Made by a program: the position numbers and the translations under genes. This document shows positions 49,480 to 63,315 of a stretch of DNA of 64,000 nucleotides, one piece after another (the stretch's first letter is position 1; each line of letters starts with the position of its first letter). This DNA comes from Octopus sinensis (lineage: Eukaryota): contig NC_043008.1 in NCBI RefSeq assembly GCF_006345805.1, positions 36,704,001 to 36,768,000 on the forward strand. The letters are read 5' to 3'. A model generated the notes under the pieces. It did not search any database and was not told the DNA's origin. It saw only the letters and a list, made by a program, of their open reading frames with translations.

Positions 49480-51405
49480 CTCATTGGTAAGTAAGCTGGC
49501 AGCCCCACAAGGCTTGAAAAGGATAGTTTCAAGTAATGCCAACTTTTGCAATACATTTAGATTGTAGGGTATTTCTAAGGTTTTCAAATGTTTTTTTTCA
49601 AATTGGGTAGTATTGAACTCAATACTCTGATGACAATAGGGATAACCTTTATGTTTGACTCTTGTAGCTGCCACATCTTAGCGATCTCATTTATCAACCT
49701 TTTCTCTTTCTTTCATGGTGATATGTTGATCTCCTGGAATTGTCACATCAATTATTAGACACTCGTGTTTGTCCTTCCTAAAGGTTACTATATCCAGCCT
49801 TCGGTGCTCTAACATCTTGTCTATCTGAAAGTCAAAGCCGCAGCGGATTTTTTACCTTCCCCTTTTTGTCCATTACCTTTTCCAGTGTATGTTGGTACTA
49901 AGAACCCATAACCTCATATCCATACTTAAGGCATAGTAGCCAGTGGAGGCTTTGGGCTACCTTGTCATGTCTACACTTGTACGCTTTCTGTGCGAGATTT
50001 TCACAAGCACTAACAATTTGAGTAACACTTTTGACCCTCTTCCCACAAATTCTGTAAAGGTCCATTGCATTTGTGTGGCATATATTCTTTTTCACTGAGT
50101 TGGTTATCAATGCCTGGTTCTGGGCAGCAATGATTAGGCTTTCAGTATTCTTTTTCAGGTCACCCTTGTTGAGCCACCACCATGAAGCTCCTTGGTCCTT
50201 TAATTTGTGGGTTTCACGGTGGAACTGATGTTGTAATTCCATGTGGAGTAGGGTTTCTTCTCTCTTGTTGGCTGTTCTTGATTGGAATTCATGAGCACTC
50301 TCAAGTCCATTTTTGTTAACCTCTTCTGCACTAGCAACATACTGTATCAGGTCTTATTTGCTGTTTACCAAATGTTCTGCCATGTTTCTTCTTTCACTGT
50401 TGATGCATTTCCGTACGCTAATCAGCCCACATCCTCCTTTAACTCTCTTCATGTAGAGCCTGTGTTCATTTGCTGTAAGGTAGAGCACACCATGCATTGT
50501 CATTGTCTTTCGGGTTGTGCAATCGAGTTGGTCAATCTCGAACTACAGCAACAGCCCATATGTTGACAGCAGTCACAAGATTCCTTGAGTTGAGTTTTCA
50601 TTTGAGGTGCTTGAAATATGCAGTGATGACCTTGTCTTTCATTTCTTTGTGCAAGATATTGTCCAGCTCCAGGATCCTGAGGTTATTTGTACCCATCATC
50701 ATCTTGGTCTTCCATTCTCTCTCTGTTTAGCAATTCTATGCTCCTACAATTTACTCTTTTCCCCTGCTTCAAAGTAAGCACTGCACACTTCGATACACCG
50801 AATTACATCCATATGTCCTTGCTGCACATTTGCACTCTCAACCAGCCTCTCCATTTCAGGCTCTGTTTTTGCAAACAGTTTTAAATCATCAATGAAGAGA
50901 AGGTTGTTGAGATGAGGTCCGTTCTTTCTCAATTCATAGTGCACATTGATTTTGCATAGGACTACAGAAAGTGGGATCAAGGCTATAACAAATAATAGAG
51001 GTGAACAAGAGTCTCTTTGGAAGATACCTTTTTTGATTGTCACCTTGGCTAATTGCCAGGTGTTACAGGAAAAATGTGTTTTCCAACTAGGCATGCTGTT
51101 CTTAATCATGCACACACATTCTCAGCTATTCCACACATGTCAAGGGTTTCCAAAATCCATGAATGCGGTACATGATGTAAACCTTTTAGAAGTTTATCCA
51201 GGCCTGGCATAAGTTTTTTTGGTACCGTTTACAGTTCTTCATTATATCCTTGTCTATCACAAGGCAGTCCTTGGTGCCCTTAGATCCTTTTCAGCATCTC
51301 TTTTATTCTACTGGCAGTAGATTGTTTTCTGCAAGGAACGTATATATTTTCCCTGCGAGGGTACCTGTTAATACTTTCCATAGGGGGTTAAGACAAGCAA
51401 TGGTT
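49480..51405 (-). pseudogene. R4/Dong-clade LINE: decayed RT, CCHC region and REL endonuclease
   Basis: NY*TIACLNPLWKVLTG; KKGIFQRDSCSPLLFVIAL; HLNNLLFIDDLKLFAK (RT domains); LIIAAQNQAL...YRICGK...QIVSACENLAQKAYKCRHDKVA (CCHC region); RLDIV...LIIDVTIPGD...KEREK (REL). Many frameshifts. Confidence 0.9.
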
Positions 51406-51470
51406 CAGTAATTGACAACCTCATTACCCTTTGACCAGTCTTTCATTAGCAATGTTGTTCTTCCCTCTAC

Positions 51471-51502
<32 letters not shown>

Positions 51503-51552
51503 CTGCCATCATCATCATCATCATCATCATCATTATTAGCAGCAGCAGTAGT

Positions 51553-51584
<32 letters not shown>

Positions 51585-52085
51585 CAGTAGCTGCAGTAAG
51601 CTAGGTGATATGAACTTATCACTTTTTATGTTTATTTTTATATATACTCATAGGTAGCCACATTCGCCATGAAATATACCATTTAAAAAATTGAGAGGGA
51701 TTTACTAAAACAACTTTGTGCTTTGTGAGAAGAAGATGGAGGAAAGAGGAAGAAAGTAAGGTACCATGAGTTAGTAGAGAACTGCTGGAATTGTTTTTTT
51801 TTTTACACATAAGTCACCTCTTCACAAGCATTATAACTCTTCTGAAGTGAGTTACATTAAAAATTTATTCTATGCAATAGTTATATAACTGCTAGTGAAA
51901 CACATCTAAGGATGTTATAAGTTAATCATTCTACACTATCTTCTTCTGTCGTAAACTAATTATCCATGCCCTATGATCATCAAAGCAGAATGGAGCATAT
52001 GGAGTTCTAACTCATCGATTATACATTCTGAACTTTAATTGGAACTTTAAACATACACATGCATATAATATTATATTTATTTATA

Positions 52086-52278
52086 TGAGGGGGTGCCAAA
52101 AAGTTCCTGGCTTTGGGTAAAAATAAAGTTCAGGAGGATCAGTTAATTATGGTTTTATTCAACATACTCCCCTCTCAAATTCACACACTTATTGCAGCAG
52201 TCCTTCAGTATTCTTAAGCACTGTAAAAGAACTGAAAAGGTTAGGCCTTAAAGTCATAAACTTTTCAGCATCCCCTCA
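52086..52278. mobile_element. mariner-type MITE
   Basis: TIRs TGAGGGGGTGCCAAAAAGTT and (reverse complement) TGAGGGGATGCTGAAAAGTT, with TA at 52084-52085 and 52279-52280. Confidence 0.85.
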
Positions 52279-52300
52279 TATATATGTGTATATGTGTGTG

Positions 52301-52340
<40 letters not shown>

Positions 52341-52549
52341 TGTGTGTGTTTGTGTGATGCTAATGAGGGATTAACAGTTACTATCTCTGGCAGTCCTGTA
52401 ATCAGATTATGGAACTGTTGGTGAATTGACTTCATCCTATTATCACCTGGTGCTAATTTCATACATTCCTCTAATCATCTTACAGGGTCACCTAGTCATC
52501 TGATACATCCCTCTAATCATCTGGTATTAGTCTTCAATCATTTAGAACA

Positions 52550-52822
52550 GTTCTCCAATCATCTGGTAAATTGCTTCAGTCATCTTGTACTGTGCTCTTA
52601 TAATCTAGTATGGTTCTCTATTCATCTTGTACAGTTCTCTAATCATCTGGTAAATAGCTTTAATCATCTTGTACTGTGCTCTTATAATCTGGTACAGTTC
52701 TCTGTTCATCTTGTACAGTTCTCCAATCATCTGGTAAATTGCTTTAATCATCTTGTACTGTACTCTTATAATCTGGTACAGTTCTCTGTTCATCTGGTAG
52801 TGTGTTTTAATCATCTGGTATC
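52550..52822. repeat. 21-bp minisatellite organised as three 84-bp higher-order repeats
   Basis: Monomers GTTCTCCAATCATCTGGTAAA, TTGCTTTAATCATCTTGTACT, GTGCTCTTATAATCTGGTACA and GTTCTCTGTTCATCTTGTACA recur in that order three times; looser monomers extend from about 52430 to 53060. Confidence 0.9.
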
Positions 52823-53825
52823 CTTCTCAAGTCATATTGTGTTGTACTCATCTCAAAACATCTTTTCATTTTGTGGTGATACCCTCTAATCATTTCAGGT
52901 ATTCTTCTTATCATCTGCCAAGGTCTGTTCAACATCTGATTTATGGTCCATATTTATCTGATAAGCTCCCCTAATCGCCTGATGCTGATAAGTTCCCCCT
53001 AATCGCCTGATGCTGTCACTTAAACATTTGATACAATTTTCTAATCATCATTTGTGAGAATAGATATTCAGAAATTTATGTTCCTCTGATTTTGTAATTC
53101 TGAATTAATGAATACCCATTATTCTTGTTTTAATTGAATCTATAATTAATATAAAACACAACAGCTACGCTATATATTCTTAAAACAAATTCTTTTTGGT
53201 GTGTTGTATTATTATTTACTATTTTTTTTTATAGTTTTTATATTTTTCTTTTTTAATGTCTATCATTTTTTCCTCTGTGTGTGCGTGTGCATGTGGTGTG
53301 TATATGTGTGTACATGCGTGTTTGTGCTTGTGTGAGTGTGTGTGTGTGTGTGTCTTTCAAGATAGTTTTAGAATTTTCTTTTTCTTTTTTCTTTCTTTCT
53401 TTTTTTTTTGGGGTTTTTTTTGTGTGTTTGCAAACGTTATTCTCGAGAAATACATTTTTGATTTAATGGCTAAAACGTGTTCAAAAATGTACTGAAAAGA
53501 TTTTAAAATAATCTAACGCTTACATGTCTAAAATATAACCTCTCAATAGTAATTCCAAAATGGAGTAGAAATTTATGTGAGTATGTGTATCTTTATGTGT
53601 GTGTGTGTGAGTTTGCCACTGAGTCTTTGTGTATGTGTGTGTATGAGAGAGAGAGAGAGGGGGGAGTGTGCATGTGAGTGTATGTGAGTTAGAGAGAGAA
53701 GAGAATGAAACAAAGAAATTGCCAGCAAACAGAGAACAACATGAATTCTAACAGAGCTTGAGTTTCATAATCTCTGCATTTATATATTTTTTTAGAGTTT
53801 AGTTCATCTATTATTTCAAATTTAT

Positions 53826-53891
<66 letters not shown>

Positions 53892-54271
53892 TGAAATCTT
53901 TTGTTAAATTCTTCTCTCTACCATTCTATGTCTATTCTATGCTTGCATGGTTTTGATAGGTTTACAGAATTTCCACATTTGTATCTGTTCTTGGGTGAAG
54001 GGCAAAGGCAGCCTGGCTGTTGAGTGAATTTAATTTAAGGAATTTATCAAAATAAACTAGTGCAGGGGTCTGTTGTTGGGACCTTAGCAAACCTTGCCTG
54101 AACAGATCTGTGATTTGAAAATGATCAAACTATGACAATTGTCTTTTTTAAGACTGTAAAATATATAGAACTATATTAATTTGTTCAGCACATGAGGTAT
54201 TTTCAACTGCAAACTGTGAAATAGAAGAGCCTGCAGGTGTGGCTGTGTGGTAAGAAGTTTGCTTCCCAACT

Positions 54272-54835
54272 ACCAATGCTATATTTCTGGTAAGGCAGCT
54301 GCAGGAGAAATACATAACCAAAGACAAGCCTTTGTTTTTGGCTTTTGTTGACTTGAAGAAAGCCTTTGACAAGATTCCCCGATCCCTTATCTTGTGGTCA
54401 GTGTGGAAACCAGGGATAGATGAGTGGTTGGTGAGAGCTGTACAAGCCATGTACAGGGATGTCACCAGTAAGGTGAGAGTTGGCACTAAGTATAGTGAAG
54501 AATTCAGGGTACAAGTAGGGGTTCACCAAAGATTGGTACTTAGTCCCTCTTGTTCATCATAGTCCTCTAGGCAATAACAGAGGAATTTAAGACAGGTTGC
54601 CCCTGGGAGCTCCTCTATGCTGATGACTTTGCTCTTATAGCTGAATCACTACCAGAACTAGAGAAGTTCCAAATATGGAAGCAAGGTCTAGAATCAAAGG
54701 GCCTTAGAGTGTAACCTAGCACAAACCAAAGTCTTAGTAAGTATGAGGGTGGACAAATCACAAATCCCTTAGGTAGATGGTCTTGCCCAATCTGTAGAAA
54801 AGGCATTGGTAGAAACTTCATAAGATGCACCTATG
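54272..54835 (+). pseudogene. RTE-clade reverse transcriptase fragment
   Basis: TNAIFLVRQLQEKY...FVDLKKAFDKIPRS...GVHQRLVLSP, frameshift, then CPWELLYADDFALIAES. It abuts a SINE head at about 54230-54270. Confidence 0.92.
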
Positions 54836-54838
54836 TAA

Positions 54839-54889
<51 letters not shown>

Positions 54890-55695
54890 TGTAATGGACA
54901 TCTTCAGTTTCCGTCTACCAAATCGACTCTCAAGGCTTTGGTCAGCTTGGGGCTATAGTAAGAGATACTTGCTTAAGGTGCCACATAGTAAGAATAAACC
55001 CCAAACCACCTGGTTGCAAAATGAACTTGTTAATTCACCACACAGCCATATCTGTGCCTAATATGTAAACATACAGGTGGACAGAGAAATCAATATAAAT
55101 TGAAATTTAAAAATAAGTTTCTACTATTGGCTATCAGGGTGTATATGAAGCTCAAGAAATATGCACCCATTTTTGACTGAAGTCACTTGCTAAAAAATTT
55201 GGCCAATAATTAATGTCAAGTACTAACAGTGCTGCCTATAAGCTATGTCTGTACCTACCAACTATTTAAATGTGGAAGATTTAGTTGCTTATCTGTAATT
55301 TCAGAGATAAATATAACTCCACAGTTTAGTCTTCATAGAGCTAAAATCATCAGCTGATATTTCTGGTACTGCCTTGGGATTCCTCAACTGGAGACATTGA
55401 AGACAGGTATGAAAGCAAGTGAAGCTATAATTTCCAGTTACCTAGGCATATAATTCCAGTACCGTTTCTAAACTGTGTTAGAATCATTATGGATGCAAAA
55501 ATATAATAAAATGGAAAGAAAGAAAGAAAGTGCAAAGAAATAAGCAGCAACAGACTCTTTCCTTTCCAAGTTCCTATTATCAACAAATGCTGTGTAGTTT
55601 GGTAAAGTGTTATGTTAATCGAAAGCAAAACAACTGAACTGAAAAGTGGCAGAATATTGGATAAAACAGAATGGGAATAACAATGTAATAAATAA

Positions 55696-55731
<36 letters not shown>

Positions 55732-56921
55732 AAAGAGAAATAAAACTTATGACATGAAATACCTGTATTTTGACTAAACCAAGACGTAGTGGTGGAGCAA
55801 TTGTTGTTGTTGGTGATGGTGGTGGTGATGATGGTAATGATTATGGTGATGATTTTTATTTGCCTCAGCCAAGATTTTTACAAAGACAAGTCACATAAAA
55901 TGTGTGGGGTTTACATGAAAAGAACCAACAGAAAAAGGAAAAACATATGAGATGAAATGTATACATAGAGTTCATATTCCTGGTGATTGAGTCTCCTGGG
56001 GCCTGATACAAAGGTGACTGTCATGAAAAGGTTGCAAGAAATTCAACAGACTCTGGGCCATCCTGTCTATCAATCACAAATATCCATCTCTCAATCTCCA
56101 GGCACAAACTGAGATCAATAACCAGAATCATTTCTTTTATTTAGAAGGCTATGGGCTTGTTTGTGGGTTTTGGAAGTTTGCTTTCTCAACCACATGGTTT
56201 CGGGTTCAGCCCTACTCCATGGGGCCTTGCGTAGGTGTCTTCTGTAATAGCCTGTGGCTAACCAAAGCACTCTGAGTGGATTTCATAGACAGAAACTGAA
56301 AGAAGACTCTCATATGTGTATGTGTGTGTGTGTGTGTGTCTGTGTGGATGCGTACATGTGTGCTTGTTTTATACCTGTGTTCACTTCTGTGGAAGTTGAA
56401 ACCTTTGAGGGGTGATGTTGTCTCTTCTGTCAAAAGATCATCAGCTTGTCACGGAATAAAAGATCATTTTCATGAAAACAGGTGAGGGTTAATGACAGGT
56501 AAGACATCAGGCTGTAAAATTATTCTTCAACGATGTATTCATCTCACCCATACCGGTATAGAGAAACAGACATAAAAAGAAACGAGTGAATGAAGTAGAT
56601 GCATAAGGAAGTGTTGGAGGTTGTGCAAAACTGGCTATGGATTGATAAAGCTACATGGCCTCACTAGTGAAGCTGCATAGCAACCTGACTAGTACTGGTG
56701 GCTCAGAAAAAGGAAAGGAAGCACCTAGTACATGCTGTAAAGTGGGTAGTGTTAAGTATAACATCCAGTTGTTGAAGCTATGCCAAAACAGACATTGGAG
56801 CATGATGTAGTCCTTGGGCTCATTGAATCCCGTCAGCCCATCTAACCTGGGACATGGACATGACATGTATAGAAAACAAAAGCACACTGAAGGAATGAGA
56901 TGAGACATTTAGATAGAAAAC

Positions 56922-57325
56922 AAGGAGTGGTTGTGTGGTAAGTAGCTTGTTTACCAACCACATGGTTCCGGGTTCAGTCCCACTACGTGGCACCTTGGGC
57001 AAGTGTCTTCTACTATAGCCTCGGACCGACCAAAGCCTTGTGAGTGGATTTAGTAGACGGAAACTGAAAGAAGCCCGTCGTATATATGTATATATATATA
57101 TGCGTGTGTGTGTTTGTGTGTCTGTGTTTGTCCCCCTAGCATTGCTTGACAACCGATGCTGGTGTGTTTATGTTCCCGTTACTTAGCGGTTCGGCAAAAA
57201 GAGAATAAGTACTGGGCTTACAAAAGAATAAGTCCTGGGGTCGAGTTGCTCGATTAAAGGCGGTGCTCCAGCATGGCTGCAGTCAAATGACTGAAACAAG
57301 TAAAAGCGTAAAGAGTAGAGAGTAA
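56922..57325 (+). mobile_element. CORE-like (Octopus OR-type) SINE, full-length young copy
   Basis: tRNA-like head GGTTGTGTGGTAAG...GGTTCAGTCCC, GGCACCTTGGGCAAGT core, internal (AT)/(GT) tract, tail GACTGAAACAAGTAAAAG. Further diverged copies occur at about 17530-17710, 22030-22170, 41860-42330, 54895-55040, 56160-56420 and 58250-58620. Confidence 0.85.
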
Positions 57326-57762
57326 CTCATGAAGGAACCCATATACGAAGAATATTCACAGGACTACAAGTGCACATTGATGGTAGACTCATATAACTTG
57401 GGCCATTCTTGTGACAATCATTTTCAGCTACTTATAACTAAAGTGCTTTGCAAAGTAGAGAGAAAAAAAAAATAGAAGATATGGGTATAGGTTAGTATTA
57501 ACCTTTGCACGTTTTTAGTTTGTATGCTTGCCTTACACTCTAAGCTCATATTTCATAAGTTTCAACTATGAACTCTATTCATATGGAAGAGAAGCAACAG
57601 AAGCAATCTTTGTACAGTCTTCAGGTGATATTAAATAAACTACTGTGTTCTCTTCATTTTATTTTTGTGTGTTTCTTCTCTTGTACACACACATACATGT
57701 TACACATACTCACACACACATACACAAATATAAGTTATATATAAATGTGTATGTGTGTATAC

Positions 57763-57823
<61 letters not shown>

Positions 57824-60306
57824 CATGTGCATATATATGTATATAAACATTTGTATGTATATGTATATATATATATATGTACCATTGTCATCATCATCAT
57901 CGTTTATATATGTATTAATACACATGTATTATATATGTGTTGTGTGTGTGTGTCTGTGTGTGTATGTATATATATATATAATATATATATATATATGTAT
58001 ATGTATAGATAGATATAGATATATAGATATACATTATTACACACACACACACACACATATCTTCGTTTGTTTTTCTATCTATATTCCATTTCTGGCATGG
58101 GTTACATGAATATATTATTGAGGATTTGTTTTCTGCTAGATGCTCTTCCTGTTGCTAACCCTTATCTGTTTTTTTTTTAAGGGTTAGCTTACTCACAAAT
58201 TTTTGTAGTTAAGAATCTCACTAGGTGTAGGTATATGCACACCCATGGTTGAAAAGTTCATTTCCCATTCTTCCCAACCATGGGTTTGGTCCCATTGTGT
58301 GGTACCTTGTACAAGTGTTTTTACTATAGCCATGGGGCCCCAGAATCCTTGTGAACAGTTTTGGTAGATGGAATCGGAAACAAACTGATTGTATAAATAT
58401 GCGTGTATGTGAATATGTGTCCCCATCTCTTGTCATTGTGTGAGAGATGGATATGAGTATAACCACCATACAAGCCATGTCCTTCATTTCTAATTACTGT
58501 GGAAGCATATCCAGACTTGAGGAAACGTTACCTTGCTTGCAAATAGGAAGGATGTCTGGCCATAGAAAATCTGCCTCAATGAATTACATTTGACTCTTAC
58601 CTGCATGGAAAGTGGACATTCAAATAATGATGATATGTATGTATATAGATTGCTAGATATTTTATATATGTATGTTTACTTAAATCTATAAGCATGTACA
58701 TGCATATATGTATATGTAAACATATATGTTTACATGTCTGTATATATGTATATTAATTTGCAATTGTATGTATATTAAAATATATATGTACATATATATA
58801 TCTCTGACTGAGTATGTATATATTAGTATATTAATGTATATATAAATTTGTGTATATGTGTGTGTAAATATATATGAATATATAATTATATACACATATT
58901 TATAGGCACGTGTGTATGTATATGTATATATAATACATATACATATATAATACATATACATGTATAAATATCTCTTTGTGTGGGTGGGCTGGTTGGTGAA
59001 GTTATCAGGATAAAGAAAATACTTTTCCATGTTCTTTTTTTCTTTTCCTTTTTATAATAAAATATAGTGTTCCACCTTTACCTAGCCTATCATATTAACT
59101 AGTATGTTTAGTCTTTGAAACATTGAATATCTAAAGGATATGTGAGGAACAGAAGACATGAACCATATACATACATACCTACATACCTACATACATACAT
59201 ATATTAATATATATATATCTGTATGTGTATGTACATATGTATGTATATACATGCATATGTATATATAGCATACGTACATATGGAGATATGTGTGTGTGTG
59301 TGTGTGTAGCATATCAAGTGCAAATCGTGTTATTGCTTTATGTTTTATAGCAAGGTTAGTGTTGTGTACAAGATGTGTTTGCAGAGCATATATAATTTTA
59401 TTCCGCATTTGAAGACAAATGGAAGAATACTTTCTCTTTATATACGGAAATAACTGTATATTGGTACAGAGCTAATTTTTTTGTTGTATATTTGTTCATT
59501 GTTCCTGATTTTTTTTTTCTTTTTGTCCAATTGGATTTGTGGTGGGTTGAAGTGAAGTTATATGTTCTGTATTTTCTGCACATGTGTGTGTGTACATGTT
59601 CTTTGACTGCTGAAATCAAATTCATTAACCATTGTTAGGAAGGGCATCCAGCTGTAGAAACTCTGGCAGATCAGATTGGAGCCAGGTGCAGCCATCTGGT
59701 TCGCCAGTCCTCAGTCAAATCGCCCAACCCATGCTAGCATGGAAAGCGGACATTAAACAATGATGATGATGATGATGACTGTTTCATGTAGGGTCTAATG
59801 ATTTATTCTCTTGGCCAAAACTATAGCCGATGGGCCACATCTAGTTCATTGGATCAAATCTGGGAAAAAGGTTTTCAATTTAGTTGTATTTAGCATAATT
59901 TCACTTACTTATGATTAGATTTTATTAAATTTTCATTAAATAAAAATAATTTCAGTTTAACAGGCTATTAAAGCTATTAAATTACAAAATGTTTGTGTTG
60001 TTTATCATAAACTTTATTTTACATTTCTTGCCCACAAGAGATTATGTCCAATCTTTAGCATACTGCTGTATGTCTTCTAAAATCCAATCACAGGTATTGC
60101 AAATTAAGTTTAATTACCAATAAACATCAGCTTGGATGACACTTTACTCAACCAATAAAGGAAGGTGAGTGACTGAGCGATCAAACTGATTATGTAAACA
60201 GAATTCTTTCCCCACTATTCTTGTCAAGACATTTGATACAGAGTATCAAAATTTTAATCCCTTTCACACTTATAAAATGTCAAGCAAACTTAGAAATTTG
60301 TCTTAC

Positions 60307-60344
60307 CATTATTGTCAGTATGAGCAGAACTTATGAATTGTTTA
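60307..60344 (-). other. Candidate 38-nt exon
   Basis: TTTAATTTCTTCTTGGCAG|TAAACAATTC...AATAATG|GTAAGA; one frame is open (KQFISSAHTDNN). Splice signals only. Confidence 0.15.
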
Positions 60345-61424
60345 CTGCCAAGAAGAAATTAAATATGTGCTCCATTGTGATAGGTAGAAACTCCAAGCAA
60401 TGTAAAATATTACCCAGACCGTGTTTACCATCACGAATGTCAGACTTCAAAAACTAGTTAACCATTTAATGGTTTTAGTAAATTTATACAGAAAATGTAA
60501 GCATTCTACTGTCCAGCATAAATAAAAGTCAACTTCTTTATGCATATTTAAGCCATTATTTTTTCAGTAAAGACCAATTCTGACATTAAATGAATCAACT
60601 TCTGGTACGAATTTTTACATTTTGTATGTCTTTCTCTAACGAAAAAAAAATTTCAAAAACAATTCTGAAATGATACACACTATGAAATTTATGCACCCCT
60701 GAAAGTTTATTTTTATTTTTTGCGAAAAAAATGCATAAATTACATGGGTTTTTTATGGTATCTTATCTGGCAGTAAATTTTGGTCTGAAAAATTTAACTT
60801 CTATCCTGGAAAATATGATATGTGACAGGAGATGAACAGGTGATATAGAAACGACAGTTGAAGAACCAGGATGTGTAGAAGAGGGAACAAGAAATGTGTC
60901 AGCAGAAATGGAATGATTGGGGTTACAGAGTGATTGAAGGGGGGGGGGGGAGAAAGTGATGGATAGCAATTGAGTCAGATAAATGATAAAAATGTGAATG
61001 ATGGATATCAGGTGGCTCAGGGTGAAGTATAAAAGGGGCTATGACAGAGCTGTATTCAGGAAAGTGAGGATATTATGGTACTGGATTTGTCTTCACAAAG
61101 ATTCAAGATTTGCCATCTTTATCATTGAACTTGTCTTCGTCATCATAACAACAGTTTATCATGACTACCATAATCAGAGATATCAAAACACAATCACCAC
61201 TAGAGAATTTGTTTGTCTGTCTGTTTGTCCACTTTTCTATTTTTTTTCCTTTCATTCATTCTTGCTTTCATTATGAATGTATTTGTGTGTGAGTGCACTT
61301 GTATGTGTGCCTTATGTATAGAAACATCATCATCATCATATTCATTATACTCCTCCTCCTCCCCATCATAATCAGTATGTGAGTCTCTGTGTGTGTGTGT
61401 GTATTTATGTATTTGTTTATTCAT

Positions 61425-61456
<32 letters not shown>

Positions 61457-61592
61457 CATATATACATATATATGTGACTTTGTTATATATTTGTATATAT
61501 ATCTATATGATATATACATGTATATATATGTAAGTATATATATATATCATATGTATGTATACATAAACATACAAACATATATACATGCATAA

Positions 61593-61634
<42 letters not shown>

Positions 61635-61792
61635 GTATATACATATGTTATATACCATATATAATTATATATATCATATATACATTACATATATGTGTCT
61701 GAGTATATATATATATATATAATATATATATACATACATATATATAAGATATATATATATATATATGTATATATATGTATGTGTGTACATAT

Positions 61793-61835
<43 letters not shown>

Positions 61836-62488
61836 CTTATCTGTACTCAGACTTAATATTCACAAGCATTTACAGTCAATCGTACACACTCAATCACCAA
61901 TACACCCCCATCTTGTGGATTATTGCTTCAAATGATTGAAGTGAATATAAAATCTCTCCATATAATATATTTGATAATTTCAGGAAAGGAAAAGAAAAAT
62001 ACACGCAAGAAAAATCCCAAAATAAAAACAACAAAAATAACCCATTCCTTTCGCAAAATCTTTATTGTCGTTTCATCTTTGGTGCCAGAGCTGGAATTGG
62101 AAAAAAAAATAATACAATCAAAATGTATGCAAAACTATGTAAATATACAGGAGTTAGCTCTTATAATTAAATAATTATGTGATAAGTAATAATAATAATA
62201 CTAATACTAATAATAATAGTAATAGTAATAATAATAATAATAATAATAAAGATAAAGATAATAACAGTCCTTTCTATTATAGGCACAAGGCCTGAAATTT
62301 ATGGGGAGGGGGACAATCAATTACATCGATCCCAATGCTCAACTGGTATATTTTTCATTGACCCCGAAAGGATGAAAGCAAATTTGACCTTAGCAAAATT
62401 TGAACTCAAAATGTAGAGGTCATTGAAATGCCACTAAGCATTTTGCTTGGCACACTAATGATTGTGCCAGCTTGCTTCATTCATGATG

Positions 62489-62539
<51 letters not shown>

Positions 62540-62562
62540 GTAATGATGATGATGATGATAAC

Positions 62563-62611
<49 letters not shown>

Positions 62612-62684
62612 GTAAAGATAATAGCAGTCCTTTCTATTATAGGCACAAGGTTTGAAATTTAGAGGGAGGGGGACAATCATACCC

Positions 62685-63248
62685 TGATGCAGTACCAGGC
62701 AGTGGCTCTTGTGGTTTCTGATTGGAACTGTTATCATGTTAACTAATTGGAAGTGTTATCATGTACATTGTTTTGTCTTGGTATAAAAGATGGGCTACAG
62801 CAAATATTCAGCTCAATACCACAGATTTGCTTGTCAGTTGTTTGACCTTAACCAGTTGAGCATGTCCCTTAGTGGCTGACGATATGTGCATCTCTGATCA
62901 CGAGCAGAAGTAGTGGGGGAGCATCATAGCCATGTGTTGAGAGGGATTCTTTGGGGTTGAATAATTCACCTCTGGAAACATAGGTGTTTCATTCAACATC
63001 CTTAAACAACTCTTATTCAGGGACCTTTTGAGTGGGCTGGGCTACTCAACCTGAAGAAAATTCTAACTGGGACCCACCTGCAAGGTCATGTGCTCTTTAT
63101 CTTGATATGAGATCACCATGTCGTGCACATACAGTTGTGATGCATGTGTCTGGTGTACCCTTATCAGACAGGTAGTCATGATGGGTATACTGGGCTTTGT
63201 ATATTTTACCCCAGTGTCACTTTGATGGCATGCACTGCTCTCTCACTC
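62685..63248 (+). mobile_element. TAA-tailed retroposon (family T), full-length copy
   Basis: 5' TGATGCAGTACCAGGCAGTGG, 3' GCACTGCTCTCTCACTC followed by about 80 nt of (AAT)n; no intact ORF and no clear B-box. Confidence 0.75.
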
Positions 63249-63275
63249 AATAATAATAATAATAATAATAATAAC

Positions 63276-63315
<40 letters not shown>

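Noticed and set aside
61990-62066. Minus-strand AATAAA with a downstream GU-rich tract (possible polyadenylation site)
   Set aside because: AATAAA and U-rich runs are ubiquitous here and no terminal exon was identified.
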